A stretch of 64,000 nt of DNA from positions 81,530,001 to 81,594,000 of the forward strand of contig OZ024741.1 of NCBI GenBank assembly GCA_964016885.1, read 5' to 3'. The notes beneath the pieces are model-generated. The model saw only the letters and a list, made by a program, of their open reading frames with translations. It did no database searches and was not told the DNA's origin. The position numbers were made by a program, and so were the translations under genes. Origin of the DNA: Eledone cirrhosa (lineage: Eukaryota). How positions within the stretch are numbered: the stretch's first letter is position 1; each line of letters starts with the position of its first letter. This document shows positions 1-12,766 of the stretch, piece by piece.

Positions 1-697
1 TGCAGCCGAAAAAGAACGACCAGGAAGATTCGGGTCACTCAAATAAAATATCAATAATTTAATAAAATAAATGAATGTAAAAAACTCACCCGGACCCGCT
101 AGAACGATGTTAAATCTAGCTTCTTGGGTTTCTGCAATTCCTTAATCCAATCACTATCAGCCCACATAAAAGATATATAAGACTTCTAGAGAAGAGAGGA
201 ACGAGGAAAGGCTTCTTCAACGAGTATTTCGTTCCATAATACAGAGGGGCCCCGAAGCCAAACAACGCACATGGTATTCAGCAAGGGAGGGAACCCTTAT
301 ATTAGCGAAAGAATTCGGTGATGTGTAAATTATGTAAGAATACAAATTATTACATATCGAATCAGAGTGCTCAACAGACATATTAAAATAAACAAGAGCT
401 ATTCATCAGTCAATAAGATCAACAAAAAAATCATCAATAAAATTAACTGGTCAATAGCTAGGGTCTAGAGCTAAATATAGTAGAATAATCGAGAATCGGA
501 ATATCAGCCCACGAAATCACGATAAACAATATCCGATATATGTGGCAGAGGGCTCAATAATTTGGAAAAATCAAAGCTATAACTATCGTTAAAATACCAA
601 CACATAGAGGTCATGCCTAAAATCACCCATGCAGCCGAAAAAGAACGACCAGGAAGATTCGGGTCACTCAAATAAAATATCAATAATTTAATAAAAA
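1..697. repeat. Non-coding repeat with ~629-bp period (bases 1-67 recur at 630-697), running off the window start and ending in (TA)n
   Basis: tgcagccgaaaaagaacgaccaggaagattcgggtcactcaaataaaatatcaataatttaataaaa occurs at 1 and at 630; no credible ORF. Confidence 0.75.
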
Positions 698-719
698 AAA
701 AAATATATATATATATATA

Positions 720-877
720 TAACGAAGGAGGTGTGGTAAGGAACCAGATGGACCATAACGCACCAGAGTACTCAATGCTTAGGGTAGTAGAGTGGGTAAT
801 AGGAAAATGTTCAACCCCATCCAGAAATAGCCGTCGAAACGGCTTGAGCTCTGCCGTCGGGGCTGAACATTTTCCTA
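720..877. mobile_element. Internally inverted fragment of the element family at 21355-21753, between (TA)n tracts
   Basis: 720-805 is near reverse complement of 21669-21753; 829-861 (agccgtcgaaacggcttgagctc...) matches 21626-21658 in direct orientation; 19-bp inverted repeat taggaaaatgttcaacccc / ggggctgaacattttccta. Confidence 0.75.
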
Positions 878-976
878 TATATGTATATATATACGCACAC
901 ACATATATACATATACATACACACATATATATATATATACATATACATACACATATATATATATATACATATACAT

Positions 977-1009
<33 letters not shown>

Positions 1010-1201
1010 GTTAAAAGAATAGAGGTGTAACACACAAGTTATTATATATTGGTAAACGGAATAGAAAATGCTGACAAATTGTTCACAGTTGAAAAATGGT
1101 TTAATTAGGAATAAAAGAGTATTAGTGATTGTATGGGTTAGTATTCAGTTGTGGTTTTAAGTTTTTATATATATATATTTAAGTTTTTATATATATATAT
1201 T

Positions 1202-1290
1202 TTTGGCAGCGATAATGAGGGACAGAGACCGCTGGAGAGAACTCGTTCATGGATCTCGGGAATTTTACCCGCCCTAGAAAAAAAAAACAA

Positions 1291-1343
<53 letters not shown>

Positions 1344-1429
1344 TATATTTTTTTCTAGGGCGGGTAAAATTCCCGAGATCCATGGACGAGTTCTCTCCAG
1401 CGGTCTCTGTCCCTCATTATCGCTGCCAA

Positions 1430-1517
<88 letters not shown>

Positions 1518-2016
1518 TTTCTAGGGCGGGTAAAATTCCCGAGATCCATGGACGAGTTCTCTCCAGCGGTCTCTGTCCCTCATTATCGCTGCCAAAAAGA
1601 TATCGGATGTTGAATTTGCCGACGACATAGATTTGGTGACAAATACAGGGAAGGAGGCAGAGGATTTGATGCAGGAGGTTGAGACTGTGTCGATGAGTGT
1701 GGGGCTGAGAATGAATGAGACTAAAACAAAATATCTGGTAGAGAATGTTGAGAAGCCAGAGGGGATCACTAATGTAGGCGGGAAGCCGCTGGTATTGGTT
1801 GAGGACTTCCTGTATTTGGGAGCAAAGATTGGGAATACGGAAGATGATGTGGTTGAGAGGAAGAGCAAGGCCTGGGCGGTGTGCCACAGCTTGAGATCGG
1901 TGTGGAAGTCGGACCTTCGTAAAGACCTGAAAATCCGCCTCTTCATTGCTGTAGTGGAATCTGTGCTGCTGTACGGGTCTGAGACTTGGACACTGACCAA
2001 GAAACTCACTCATGGT

Positions 2017-2018
<2 letters not shown>
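1202..2018 (+). mobile_element. RTE-clade LINE RT fragment (1596-2018), preceded by three copies of a ~75-bp segment (1202-1277 inverted; 1335-1431 and 1521-1596 direct) separated by (TA)n
   Basis: Reads EFADDIDLV...KTKYL...FLYLGAKI...[25 protein letters not shown] (RT domains 5-7); the repeated 75-mer reads [12 protein letters not shown] on the other strand, typical of an RTE ORF C-terminus. Confidence 0.8.
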
Positions 2019-2051
<33 letters not shown>

Positions 2052-2071
2052 CACACACACACACATATATT

Positions 2072-2161
<90 letters not shown>

Positions 2162-2224
2162 AATATATATATGTATGTGTGTGCATATATATATTTACAC
2201 ACAAATATATATATATGTATATGA

Positions 2225-2284
<60 letters not shown>

Positions 2285-2432
2285 ATGTTTTGGGAGGATC
2301 ATGTTGCCAATAAAAAACACACGCACCAGTGACTTTCACTCCAATTTATAATAAATTAAATTCATAAATTTAAGAATTTATAAATTTCCGGTTGGTCGGT
2401 TGGTTCCACAACCGGACGGTTGTTCATATATT

Positions 2433-2475
2433 GTCAAAGTTCTTTCGTCACACATTCTGTGACCTCTTCAGTGAC
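2433..2475 (-). ncRNA. Type I hammerhead ribozyme in PLE pseudo-LTR
   Basis: Minus strand GUCA-CUGAAGA-G-GUCACAgaaugUGUGAC-GAAA-GaaC-UU-UGAC: stem I GUCA/UGAC, 6-bp stem II, minimal stem III. Confidence 0.75.
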
Positions 2476-2663
2476 TGGGGATTCTTTTCATTGTTTTTGT
2501 GCCTCTCCTTTGTTCTGACCTACGCCATCTTGTTTTTGTGTGTGTTGTGTGCTTAGTTTGCGCATGTGTTACATCCGGGTGTCTGTGTGTGTTTATATTT
2601 GTTTATTTATTTGTTTATTTACATGTTACTGGTTGATTGTTTGTGTGTGTTTTCATTTTGTCC

Positions 2664-3326
2664 TTAATTGTAAGTTGTGATGTTGCTATTCCATTCATGC
2701 TTTCTATTTAATTTTGGTTGGAGTTCATTTATGTTTATTGCGTCTGTGATTTGTCTAAACATTGCGTCTTTTCTGTGTGTAGATTCTATTTTTATTTCTA
2801 TGTTCTCTAATTTGCCCTTATGTTCTATTTTAGCATGTTGGTGGAGTACAAATGATTCTTTTCTATCTTGAAGTTCTCGCCAATATTCATTTAACCGTTC
2901 TCCTATACTACGAGCTGTCTCACCTATGTACACTATATTCTTATCTCTACATTGTCCTTCAGTACATCTTATGCTATATACTACATTTCTAGTTTTACAG
3001 TTAATATGGGGGCTTAATTTACAGATTATACATTTCTTATCTATACAGGGAGGTCTTTGGAAAGGGTATGTATTGCTAATAAGTGTTTTTATGGAGGTAC
3101 CTGGTCTTTCTACTATCTTAATATTAAGTTTATGTTTATCTAGGGCCCTTCTAAATTTGTAAGCTAATTCAGCTCTAGGGGTTGTATTGATGAACATTAC
3201 ACTCTGGTATTTATTGCTATCATACCATGAGTTTATTCTATTAAACTTATTCCTAGTTCTTTCTATTCTATTCCAAAATTTGCTCCTATACAAGGGGCAG
3301 GTCCCATTTGTATCATTATTTCCCAT
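2664..3326 (-). pseudogene. PLE GIY-YIG endonuclease domain
   Basis: Cys-rich linker, VVY...YIGETARSIGERL, LHQH and PKLNRKHEW C-terminus. Confidence 0.88.
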
Positions 3327-3349
3327 TTTTTTCCCATTTGGTTCTGGCT

Positions 3350-4335
3350 TTATATTCTGATTTTATCCCTCTGATTGTAACCAGAGAACTGCATACGGTG
3401 GATGAAGTGTTGTATGTGTCTCATCACACGTACCAAATCCGCAAACAATATGTTGATTTTGGTGTGATCCGAAACAGCTGAGTTTCGGTGGATCAGATAT
3501 TTGGAAGTCATGGGTTTGGCATAATGGGAATGGAGGATGTGTTTTTTGTTATTAATAGTTTCTAACCAGAGCTCTGTGTCTAGTACAGGTAATCGATGGT
3601 TGGGGTGTTTGCTTGGGTAGTCTATAGTAACTCTAATACTCTGCTGGATGGAGTTAGCTATTTGCTGGATGCTTTCCATGGTTTTTTTCTCTAATTCCAG
3701 ACTGTTCTCTAGTGGGGGTGTTTTTACTACGATGTTTATATCATCAACGTAGCGGGTGTACATTATCAGGGTTAAGAGGTTGCTGTCTTCTAATTGTTCT
3801 TTAAGTTTAAGTTTAAGTCTATTGTCCCACCATACCATGAATAGGTTAACTATGTCACCTGCAATGCTAAAACCAATGGCTGCTCCCTCCTCTTGGGCAT
3901 ATGTCTTTCCATGAAATTTGAACATATGTTCCTTAAGGGTTAATTTTATACTGGCCCCCACCGCATGTGCAATCATTTTCTTTAGTTCATCGTGGTTTTC
4001 GGTGGTCCGTATGGCTATGGTCGTCCCGTTCCATCTTTCTGTGTGGGTTTTCTTGGCCATTGAGGTAATGGTAGGTGGTCTGCCTCTTGCTGGTCTTGTA
4101 GGGCACAGGTTTCTAAGGTCATATGTATCTAGATAACCATTACTATAGGTAAGTTTAAGTAGGAGTCCCAGCTCACTGGTATCAATCCCACGGAATTCAA
4201 CATTGCTCTCACTGATCATTTCTACGCATTTCTCCACAGCAAAATCCACGCCAATGGATGGATATAGGGACACAACATCCATACTACCTATTATACAGTT
4301 TGTTAGGTCCCTAGATCGGTTACTTTTGCTGATTC
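3350..4335 (-). pseudogene. PLE reverse transcriptase fragment
   Basis: DVVSLYPS, GAAIG, YTRYVDD, LPVLD and HYAKP motifs of PLE RT. Confidence 0.88.
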
Positions 4336-4858
4336 TGTATGGGCTTCGAAAAGAGCATAAAACGAGCAGTGACCCTGTCACAGGACCACCAACACGGCCA
4401 GTCTGTGGAGCTAACATTGCTAGTAACTACAGACTTTCCTACTTCCTCTCCCTGATCATACGCCCCATCATTGAAATGTCCCCAGATATATGTGACAGCA
4501 CGGAGGACCTCCCCAGCAGAATAACCGATCTAGGGACCTAACAAACTCTATAATAGGTAGTATGGATGTTGTGTCCCTATATCCATCCATTGACGTGGAT
4601 TTTGCTGTGGAGAAATGCGTAGAAATGATCAGTGAGAGTAATGTTGAATTCCGTGGGATTGATACCAGTGAGCTGGGACTCCTACTTAAGTTGGAGTGAA
4701 AGCAGCTGGTGCGTGTGTTTCTTATTGGCAACATGACACTCCCAAAGCATAACAATATCGGTTTCAACACACATTTTCAGATAAAGAATCTTGCTAAACA
4801 AATTCAGTAAGGAAATATATATATATACACATTGTGTTGTTATTTCTGTTTACCTTTT

Positions 4859-4913
<55 letters not shown>

Positions 4914-4956
4914 TAAACAAATAAATGTATGCCTAGAGACTTTTATATACAGACAC

Positions 4957-5194
<238 letters not shown>

Positions 5195-5849
5195 TTCTTT
5201 GTGTTTGTGCATGTATGTCTGTATTTAAAACAGAAAGAGAAAATGGATGAGATGTGATATAAAACTGAAGCAATTACATATAACATTACATTATGTTACA
5301 CATTACATATAAGGATTCTACTGCAATGTTTGATTGAATATTTTATGTTTCATTCTAAACTATATTTTCTTTTCATTTACCCTCTACTTTATATAGGATT
5401 TTAGCTACCTTTTTCAATAATCTCAAAAGAAGAAAATTAAATATCCCTAAAAAATTGTTAAATAATATTATAAACTCCTTATCCAAAATGGCGACAGCGA
5501 TTTATATCGATGCTTGAGCTTAACTGAATGTTTCTGTGTGATTTCACATGAAATGAAAGAAAGGAACAATACAGGCTTTCATAGCAAACTTGACGGCATC
5601 AGCATCATTGTGGTTCTGGTGAGAGGAGAAACCAAAGAAATTTATATATAATAGAATGAAATTTGAATCTGATTCCAGTTTCCTGAATAAGGTTTTTGTG
5701 TGAACAAGTGAATTTTATGTATGTATGTTTCTATCTATGTGCGTATGTATCTATATGTGTATGTTTGTATGAATAAGCACACATGCACACATATATTATA
5801 TCATATTATATGTACACGTATATGTAGGTATGTATAGAGCATATATATC

Positions 5850-5854
5850 CCTAT

Positions 5855-5893
<39 letters not shown>

Positions 5894-5898
5894 TATAA

Positions 5899-5969
<71 letters not shown>

Positions 5970-6011
5970 TATATATATATGTATACTTATATATAAATAT
6001 ATATATATATG

Positions 6012-6110
<99 letters not shown>

Positions 6111-6160
6111 GCATATATATATATGTATGTATATACATGTATACATACATATCCATATAT
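5850..6160. repeat. Compound (TA)n/(CA)n microsatellite, representative of dozens across the window
   Basis: Direct reading. Confidence 0.95.
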
Positions 6161-7560
6161 ATTAATAAAAGGATAGAAAGCAAAGAACTAACAAACAAAA
6201 CCAAAAAATAAAAGGCCATCTATCATTAAAGAAAAGAAATAAAATAGTAGAAAGAAAAAGATCATAAATAATGAATAAAAAAACCTAAGTACAAGAAGCT
6301 GTATTTTTCCCCAGTTTAATATGAAAACGAGGCTTTTCAACAAGTTATTCTCTCATATGCTGAACTTAACTGATTTAATATTTCGAAAGGGCTTAATGAT
6401 ATAAATTATTAAAGTTGTAAAGATTCTGTAATACTGTACTTACATAGAGTATTACTGTGCAATAACTATTACACACACACTCACACCTATGATGATGGTA
6501 CGTGTATGCGTGTGCGCATGCATATACACACACACGCATATATATATATATTTATATATATATGTATATACATGTATATATATGCATGTGTATATATATA
6601 TGTATATATATATGTATATATATGTATATATATGTATATATATATATGCACACATATACACACACATATGCACAAACACGCGCGCACACACACACATATA
6701 TATATATGTTTTACGTATACATTTATATATATATATATATATATATATGCATAAATGTTTACATATATACATGAATAGATAAGTATATATTTACACTGTA
6801 AACCGCATACATATATGTGTATGTAATAATAGTAATAGTAATAATATATATACATTCTTAAAGTGTATATATATATATATTTCATGACAATATTTGATAA
6901 ATGAACGCGAAAACAAATATTTTAAAATAAATAAAATACAATAAATAAACAAAAATTCCCTGATGTTGCCGTTGTTCTATAGAAACTGAAATGACACCAC
7001 ATTTCAAGATTTCTATCGTGAAATCTTTATAAAACAGATTCCAATATTTTTAGAGTCAAGCCAAGCATTTTCATTCATATCGGAATGACATGCCAATCTG
7101 TTCAATATCTTTGCAGAAAGTCATGTCATAATTTGTTCTGACATCTTTAACGGAAGTAACGTTGTTGTACTTTTACGGCTGGCAGGTGACTTGATTTAAG
7201 AGACCGTGTGCTGAAACTAAAGCACTTAGATTGTGGAATCGTCTTTTAAGTCATTCACAAAGCCTAGGTAAGTTAAAAGGCCGTTAATTCCTGATGGAGT
7301 GGCGGGGGCGCCAACATGACACACGGCGTGTATGGGCATCTTAAACCTAGAGGAGCTGATCCTTCTCCCGGTCGGATCACTGTCGATTTCTTCCAAGGAA
7401 AGAATCAGTACTTTACACGGACTTTATTTATCGATTACTCAAGGCTGAACGGCAAAGTTAACTCTGACAGGATCTGGACTCAAAGTGCAGTAAGCCGAAA
7501 CAAATACCTATGTATTTTTAATCAACCGCCCTAACAAGTCTGTCAATTCGTTAATCTTAA

Positions 7561-7749
7561 TAATTGTTTCTACTTTTGGCACAAGGCCAGCAATTATCCC
7601 AGTGCATTACTGGTACTTTATTTTATCGACCCCGTAAGGATGAAAAGCAAAGTTAACCTCGACGGGATTTGAACTCAAACCGTAAAGTGCCGTAACTCTA
7701 TACTGCATAGCATGGCGTCCAACTCTCTACCGATACTGCCAACCCAACC
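7561..7749 (-). mobile_element. tRNA-derived SINE, family A
   Basis: Reverse complement of ...ggcagtatcggtagag...gagttcaaatcccg...tttcatccttacggggtcgataaaataaagtaccagt...ggccttgtgcc; A-box and B-box (GTTCAAATCC) like. Confidence 0.85.
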
Positions 7750-8869
7750 TTAATAATACCTAGGAAATCTGTTCAATTGCTTGTTTGACCCCAATAGTCA
7801 AGGCCTGTGATGCCGTCTATCTTTCTTTTTATTGGCCTTTGAGGTGCTTCAATTTTTATAATACTTTCTTTCCTGTGGGGAGACTACAGTGGACAAAAGT
7901 ATTCAAGGTGGGGTCAAGCAAAAGTAGAGAAGAGAAGGTTATGTTTTACAAGAAAGTTTCTCAATACGAAATACTAAAATCCTTCTGGGAATTGCTCCGT
8001 CATGGCAACAGTGCAATGACTGAAACAATTAAAAGAATCGTGTATTTAGTCTATTAAATTGTCTGTTTCGATTAACTATTAATTATATTTGAGCTGTTTA
8101 TTATATATTTCTGAATTGTGGTTTTACGTATTTCATAATCCAAAAGCTGTGATCACTGTTCGGTTGGTGTTCTTTTAATTATTCAGTTAATGGCATATTT
8201 AAGGTTACAGGTGGTTGGTTGGGTTATGATTTGAATTTGGTTTTGTTCGGATTTACCTGTTCATTATGTGAATTATTGATTTCTGGAAGGGTTTGTATTT
8301 TAGGTAATAGATAATTGCGACGTTTGATTTTAGTGTGTTCAGGTTTTAATCGTCTAGTGAGTAGTTTATTTATTGTGCTAGTTAATTGCTAGGTTAGTGG
8401 TATTTTATTATGAATAGATCGATTGGGAATAATGTTTGTTTTTGGTTTGTTTTTTATTGATGGTACATGGCTGGAGTTTGGTGGAATACGTGATCCTGTG
8501 TTGGTGCAATATTGATTGCATAGCTGAGTAGTGGTTGCTGCAGACATACAGAAACCACATGACGGCTGCAGCTTGATGATATTCATCGCGTCCATATCAG
8601 TAATTACTATAGGTTTGTTTGATGATTATAGTTCAGAATGGCGTGATTAGTTTTTGCTTTATGTATACTGTGGTATAACATCAGCTACAATATAGACACT
8701 ACAACTTATCTCCCACCAGGAGAAACCATAGAATCCCCCACACTTACAACCCCCCTAACATCCCCACACAACAAACCCACAACCATCATTACTTTCAACA
8801 TAGAACCCAAAATACACAACTACCACACATGCCAACTATAAGGAGACCCTAATCTACTCTCCTCCACTA

Positions 8870-9275
8870 ACCACATCCTACTACAACAACACCAGCAGGG
8901 AACAATACAACCACACGAGACACCCTAACCACTACAACCACCATAACTACACACCATTCAACAACAACAGCAGGACACAATATATCCACACAAGACAACC
9001 CTACTACAACTACCACCAAGTCTACACACCCTACAACAGCAGGGCTCAAGACAATCATACGATACAACCTAACTTCAACCACCACCACAACTACACACCC
9101 TATAACAACGTCTATCAAATCTACACACCCTACAACAACAACAGCAGGGCTCAATACAAGCCCACGATACAACCTAACTTCAACAACCACCACAGCTACA
9201 CACCCTCTAACAACAACAGCAGGGGCCAATACAACCATAAGAGACATCCAAACTTCAACAACCACCACAACTTCC
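8870..9275 (+). repeat. Degenerate ~60-80-bp tandem repeat in the PLE N-terminal region
   Basis: Recurring acaccctacaacaacagcagggctcaa...acgatacaacctaacttcaacaaccaccacaac. Confidence 0.7.
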
Positions 9276-12052
9276 GTAGTCCTTTTTTAGACACAGCACA
9301 CAGACACAGAGTAACAAGATAAAACAAACACACAGGAGACACAAAATGTAATAAAAATCGTTAATTTAACCTCTAAAGAATTAACAACAGACCAAATCAA
9401 CATACTCTCCAAAGGTCTGAAATTTACACCAACTCCCCAACGAAAAACTACCCCGAAATGAAGGAAGATATTGCAGAATTCTGTAGAAAACTAAGACTCA
9501 GTAAGCAAGTATACGACAAATACAATGAGGATGACTCAATAGCCAGAAATAGAAGCAACTACACCCCACCAAAAGGCAAGAACAAATTCCTCTATCAATT
9601 CTGCGAACACATTACTAATTACCCATACCACCACCTACACAGACATAAACAAAAACCAAACCTAAAAAAAAGAATGGAATGGTCTTAACAGTCTAAAGAA
9701 CGACAAAACCCTAACAATCAAAGAGGCGGATAAAGGGAGTGCAGTAATCCTTATGGGGACAGATTACTACACGACTCTAGTACTCTCAACTCTAGAAAAA
9801 TCAAACATATTACGAAAAGGCCCAACACTACACACAACAGAAAATAATGAGAAACCTAAAATCCCTAACAACCCTTTACAAAGAAGGCCTTACCGACAAG
9901 GAATACAACTACATCACCAATTTCAAAAGCAGAACCAGTCTCTTCTACGGTATCCCAAAGACACACAAAAGTGAAGTAATAGCCAGGGCCTGCAAGCAAG
10001 CCACAGACATTTACATCAATATACCCCCTGCTGATGACCTTAAATTGAGACCCATAATAGCAGGTACCGCATGTGAAACCCACCACCTAAGCAACTTCCT
10101 AGATATTCTGCTTAAACCTTTCCTAAAACACATAAAAAGCTTCATAAGGGACGACCTTGACATGCTCAACCACCTCTCAACAACACTTAATAATAAACAT
10201 ACCCTATTAGTAACCTTTGATGTCATCAATCTATATTCCAATATCCCACACAACCTAGGTATAGAGGCAATACAATTCTGGCTTGAAAATTTCCCTAGTG
10301 AACTTCCACAGCGCATCCCTAAAGAATTTGTGTTGGAGGGACTCAAATTCATCTTGGAAAACAACTTCTTCGAATTCGATGCCAAATACTACAGACAGAA
10401 ATCTGGGACTGCCATGGGCACGCTAACCTTGTCATGGGATATTTGGAAACCACTCTCTACCGCAAAGTTCTACACAAATACGGTAACCTCTTCTACCTAC
10501 ACATACAAAAAAACTGGAAGAGATATCTGGACGACTGCTTCATCCTCTGGCATGAAAGTATAGAAAGACTGATTGAGTTTAAAACCCTTCTAAATGGACT
10601 CAACACAAACTTACAATTTACAATGGATTACAGCCATGAACAACTCCCTTTCCTCGACATCCTCACCAAGAAAACAAACAACAAAATAGAAACAGACATA
10701 TACTACGAACCCACAGACTCCAAACAGTATCTTCCATTCAACTCGTGCCACCCTCGCCATACCAAAATGGCAATTCCTTGTAACCTAGCCAGAAGGATCT
10801 GCACAATAGTTTCAGATAAATACACATGCTACACACGACTAGAAGAATTAAAGAACACACTTATCAGCAGAAACTACCCACCATCCCTAATCAACAATGG
10901 ATTCCAACGTGCCCTAAGACTCAACATCCAGGAACTCAGAGACCCCAAACCCAGGAATGAACTGCAACAGAAAACTCTACCATACATCTCCACACACAAC
11001 CCCCTCAACAATGAGGCATTCGACACCATCCTCCAGAACATTCCTTTAATAAAAAGAGACCCAAGAATGAACAAAATCCTCCAAACACACAACATCATAA
11101 AGAGCAAAAGACAACCTAAATCCATAAAAAACATCCTCACACAAGCCAAAATCCAACCAACCCTCACAATGAACCCTACAGTAAAAAAAATGCGGAAGGC
11201 CCAACTGTGGCATATGCATAAATCTAATAGTAGGTTCAACATTCCATTTTAAACAAGGTCAACATTTCACAGTTAAACACAACTTTACATGTGCATCTGA
11301 AAACCTAATCTATGTTTTGACCGGCTCAGGTTGTCAAGAGCACTACATAGGACAGACAAAAAACAGCCTCCGACAACGTATGACCGCCCACAGATCACAA
11401 ATCAAAATACAGGAATACAGAAAGATTGCTTTTAGTGAACATATCGCCAATTGTACACCTAACCAACATCCAAACTTTGAAATTTTCCTCATTTACAAAT
11501 TCATAGACAACGCTTCTTTCATCCCTCGTACCAATAAGGAAACGTACTTCATTAACAAATTCCAACCTCTACTTAATGGACTAAACTACGGACTAAACTA
11601 AAACTAGAACGAACAATGAACCAAAACCAAACCCGTATGTTCTCTAAAGAGTTACCACCCTCACACCCTACCTAATCCTTTTTCTTATATAAATGAATTA
11701 CCCCCTCTCATTTCTATCTCCGCTACCTGACCACCCTGAATTACCTCCCCCTGCATATTAACTCGCTAAAAAGGGAAATCATATCAAACCCCAGACTACC
11801 ATTTGCCTCCATTATGGATCAACTAAGCACTCTTGCCATAACACATTTTGAACTGCTTATCTTCAAGAACTATGCCTGTAAATAATATTATTTTTTCTTT
11901 CCCATTACCTTATCATGTTCCACATTACCCCTTTTTTTTCTTTTTTCTTTTCACTTCAAAAACCGTGTTTGTAAATAACATTATTCTTTCTTCACCATTT
12001 CCTTAACATGTTCAACATCACCAACATTTTACACCAATACAAATTCCCCCCT

Positions 12053-12086
12053 TTGATAATGCATAAAATGCTGAAACCGGTAATAG
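12053..12086 (+). ncRNA. Variant hammerhead (U3-A8 core) in PLE pseudo-LTR; stem I degenerate in this copy
   Basis: UUGAUAA-U-GCAUaaaAUGC-U-GAAA-CCGG-UA; palindromic stem III ACCGGU. Confidence 0.6.
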
Positions 12087-12212
12087 ACAATTATTAAATA
12101 ACTAATACCTTAACACTTCACACAGTAAAATATTTTGTTTTAAACATTTTCTAACCCAGATAAAAGAGAAAAAATAAATTTTTTTTCATAATAATCGTCT
12201 TTTCCTCCCTAT

Positions 12213-12291
<79 letters not shown>

Positions 12292-12298
<7 letters not shown>

Positions 12299-12508
12299 AA
12301 GTTAAATAAAAAGTCAAATGTTTAAAATTTAGCTTCGTTTATTGCTGCTATATATATTTCAGTGACAGCCATCTTTGGCTGTGACCTCTTCAGGCAGTCC
12401 GAATTAGTGTAGTATAGACAAGTACATATGTTGTTGAGGTGTATAATATTGTCAATACTCTGATATGCCCAGTTCCTGGTTGGGTTGTTATTTCACTGAG
12501 GAACTGGA

Positions 12509-12512
<4 letters not shown>
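12292..12512 (-). mobile_element. (TA)n-flanked non-coding HHR-bearing repeat (family H3; other copies 44840-45075 and 60632-60970)
   Basis: Shared aagtcaaat...gcttcgtttatt...ctgctatatatatttcagtgacagcc...ggctgtgacctcttcaggcagt block in three places. Confidence 0.8.
12345..12398 (-). ncRNA. Type I hammerhead ribozyme
   Basis: CUGC-CUGAAGA-GGUCACAGCCAaagaUGGCUGUCACU-GAAA-UAUAUA-UA-GCAG. Confidence 0.78.
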
Positions 12513-12599
<87 letters not shown>

Positions 12600-12627
12600 G
12601 TATATATATATATATATATATATATAA

Positions 12628-12704
<77 letters not shown>

Positions 12705-12731
12705 TAACTCACTTTCAGATACTTATCCTCC

Positions 12732-12766
<35 letters not shown>

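Larger units (their letters stand above)
2279..4758 (-). mobile_element. Penelope-like element (5'-truncated, frameshifted) with 3' pseudo-LTR, internal inversion (about 4335-4690) and ~66-bp terminal inverted repeat
   Basis: ORF 3350-4417 has RT motifs SMDVVSLYPS, QEEGAAIG and RYVDD; ORF 2664-3326 has CIDKKCIIC linker and GIY-YIG VVYSIRC...VYIGETAR; 2279-2345 is inverted at 4691-4758. Confidence 0.92.
8690..12215 (+). mobile_element. Near full-length Penelope-like element (possibly Neptune-like; several frameshifts) with 3' pseudo-LTR ending at (TA)n
   Basis: ILSKGLKFTPTP, IKEADKGSAV, FYGIPKTHK, LRPIIAG, FDVINLYSNI, QKSGTAMG and RYLDD across ORFs 9458-11252; Cys linker and LIY...HYIGQT GIY-YIG at 11190-11601. 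Confidence 0.93.

Noticed and set aside
8867-9268. Val-rich membrane protein on the minus strand
   Set aside because: Antisense of the PLE low-complexity tandem repeat
9458-11601. Selenocysteine-coding Naiad-type PLE
   Set aside because: GIY-YIG is C-terminal and the breaks are frameshifts; no conserved in-frame UGA or SECIS seen
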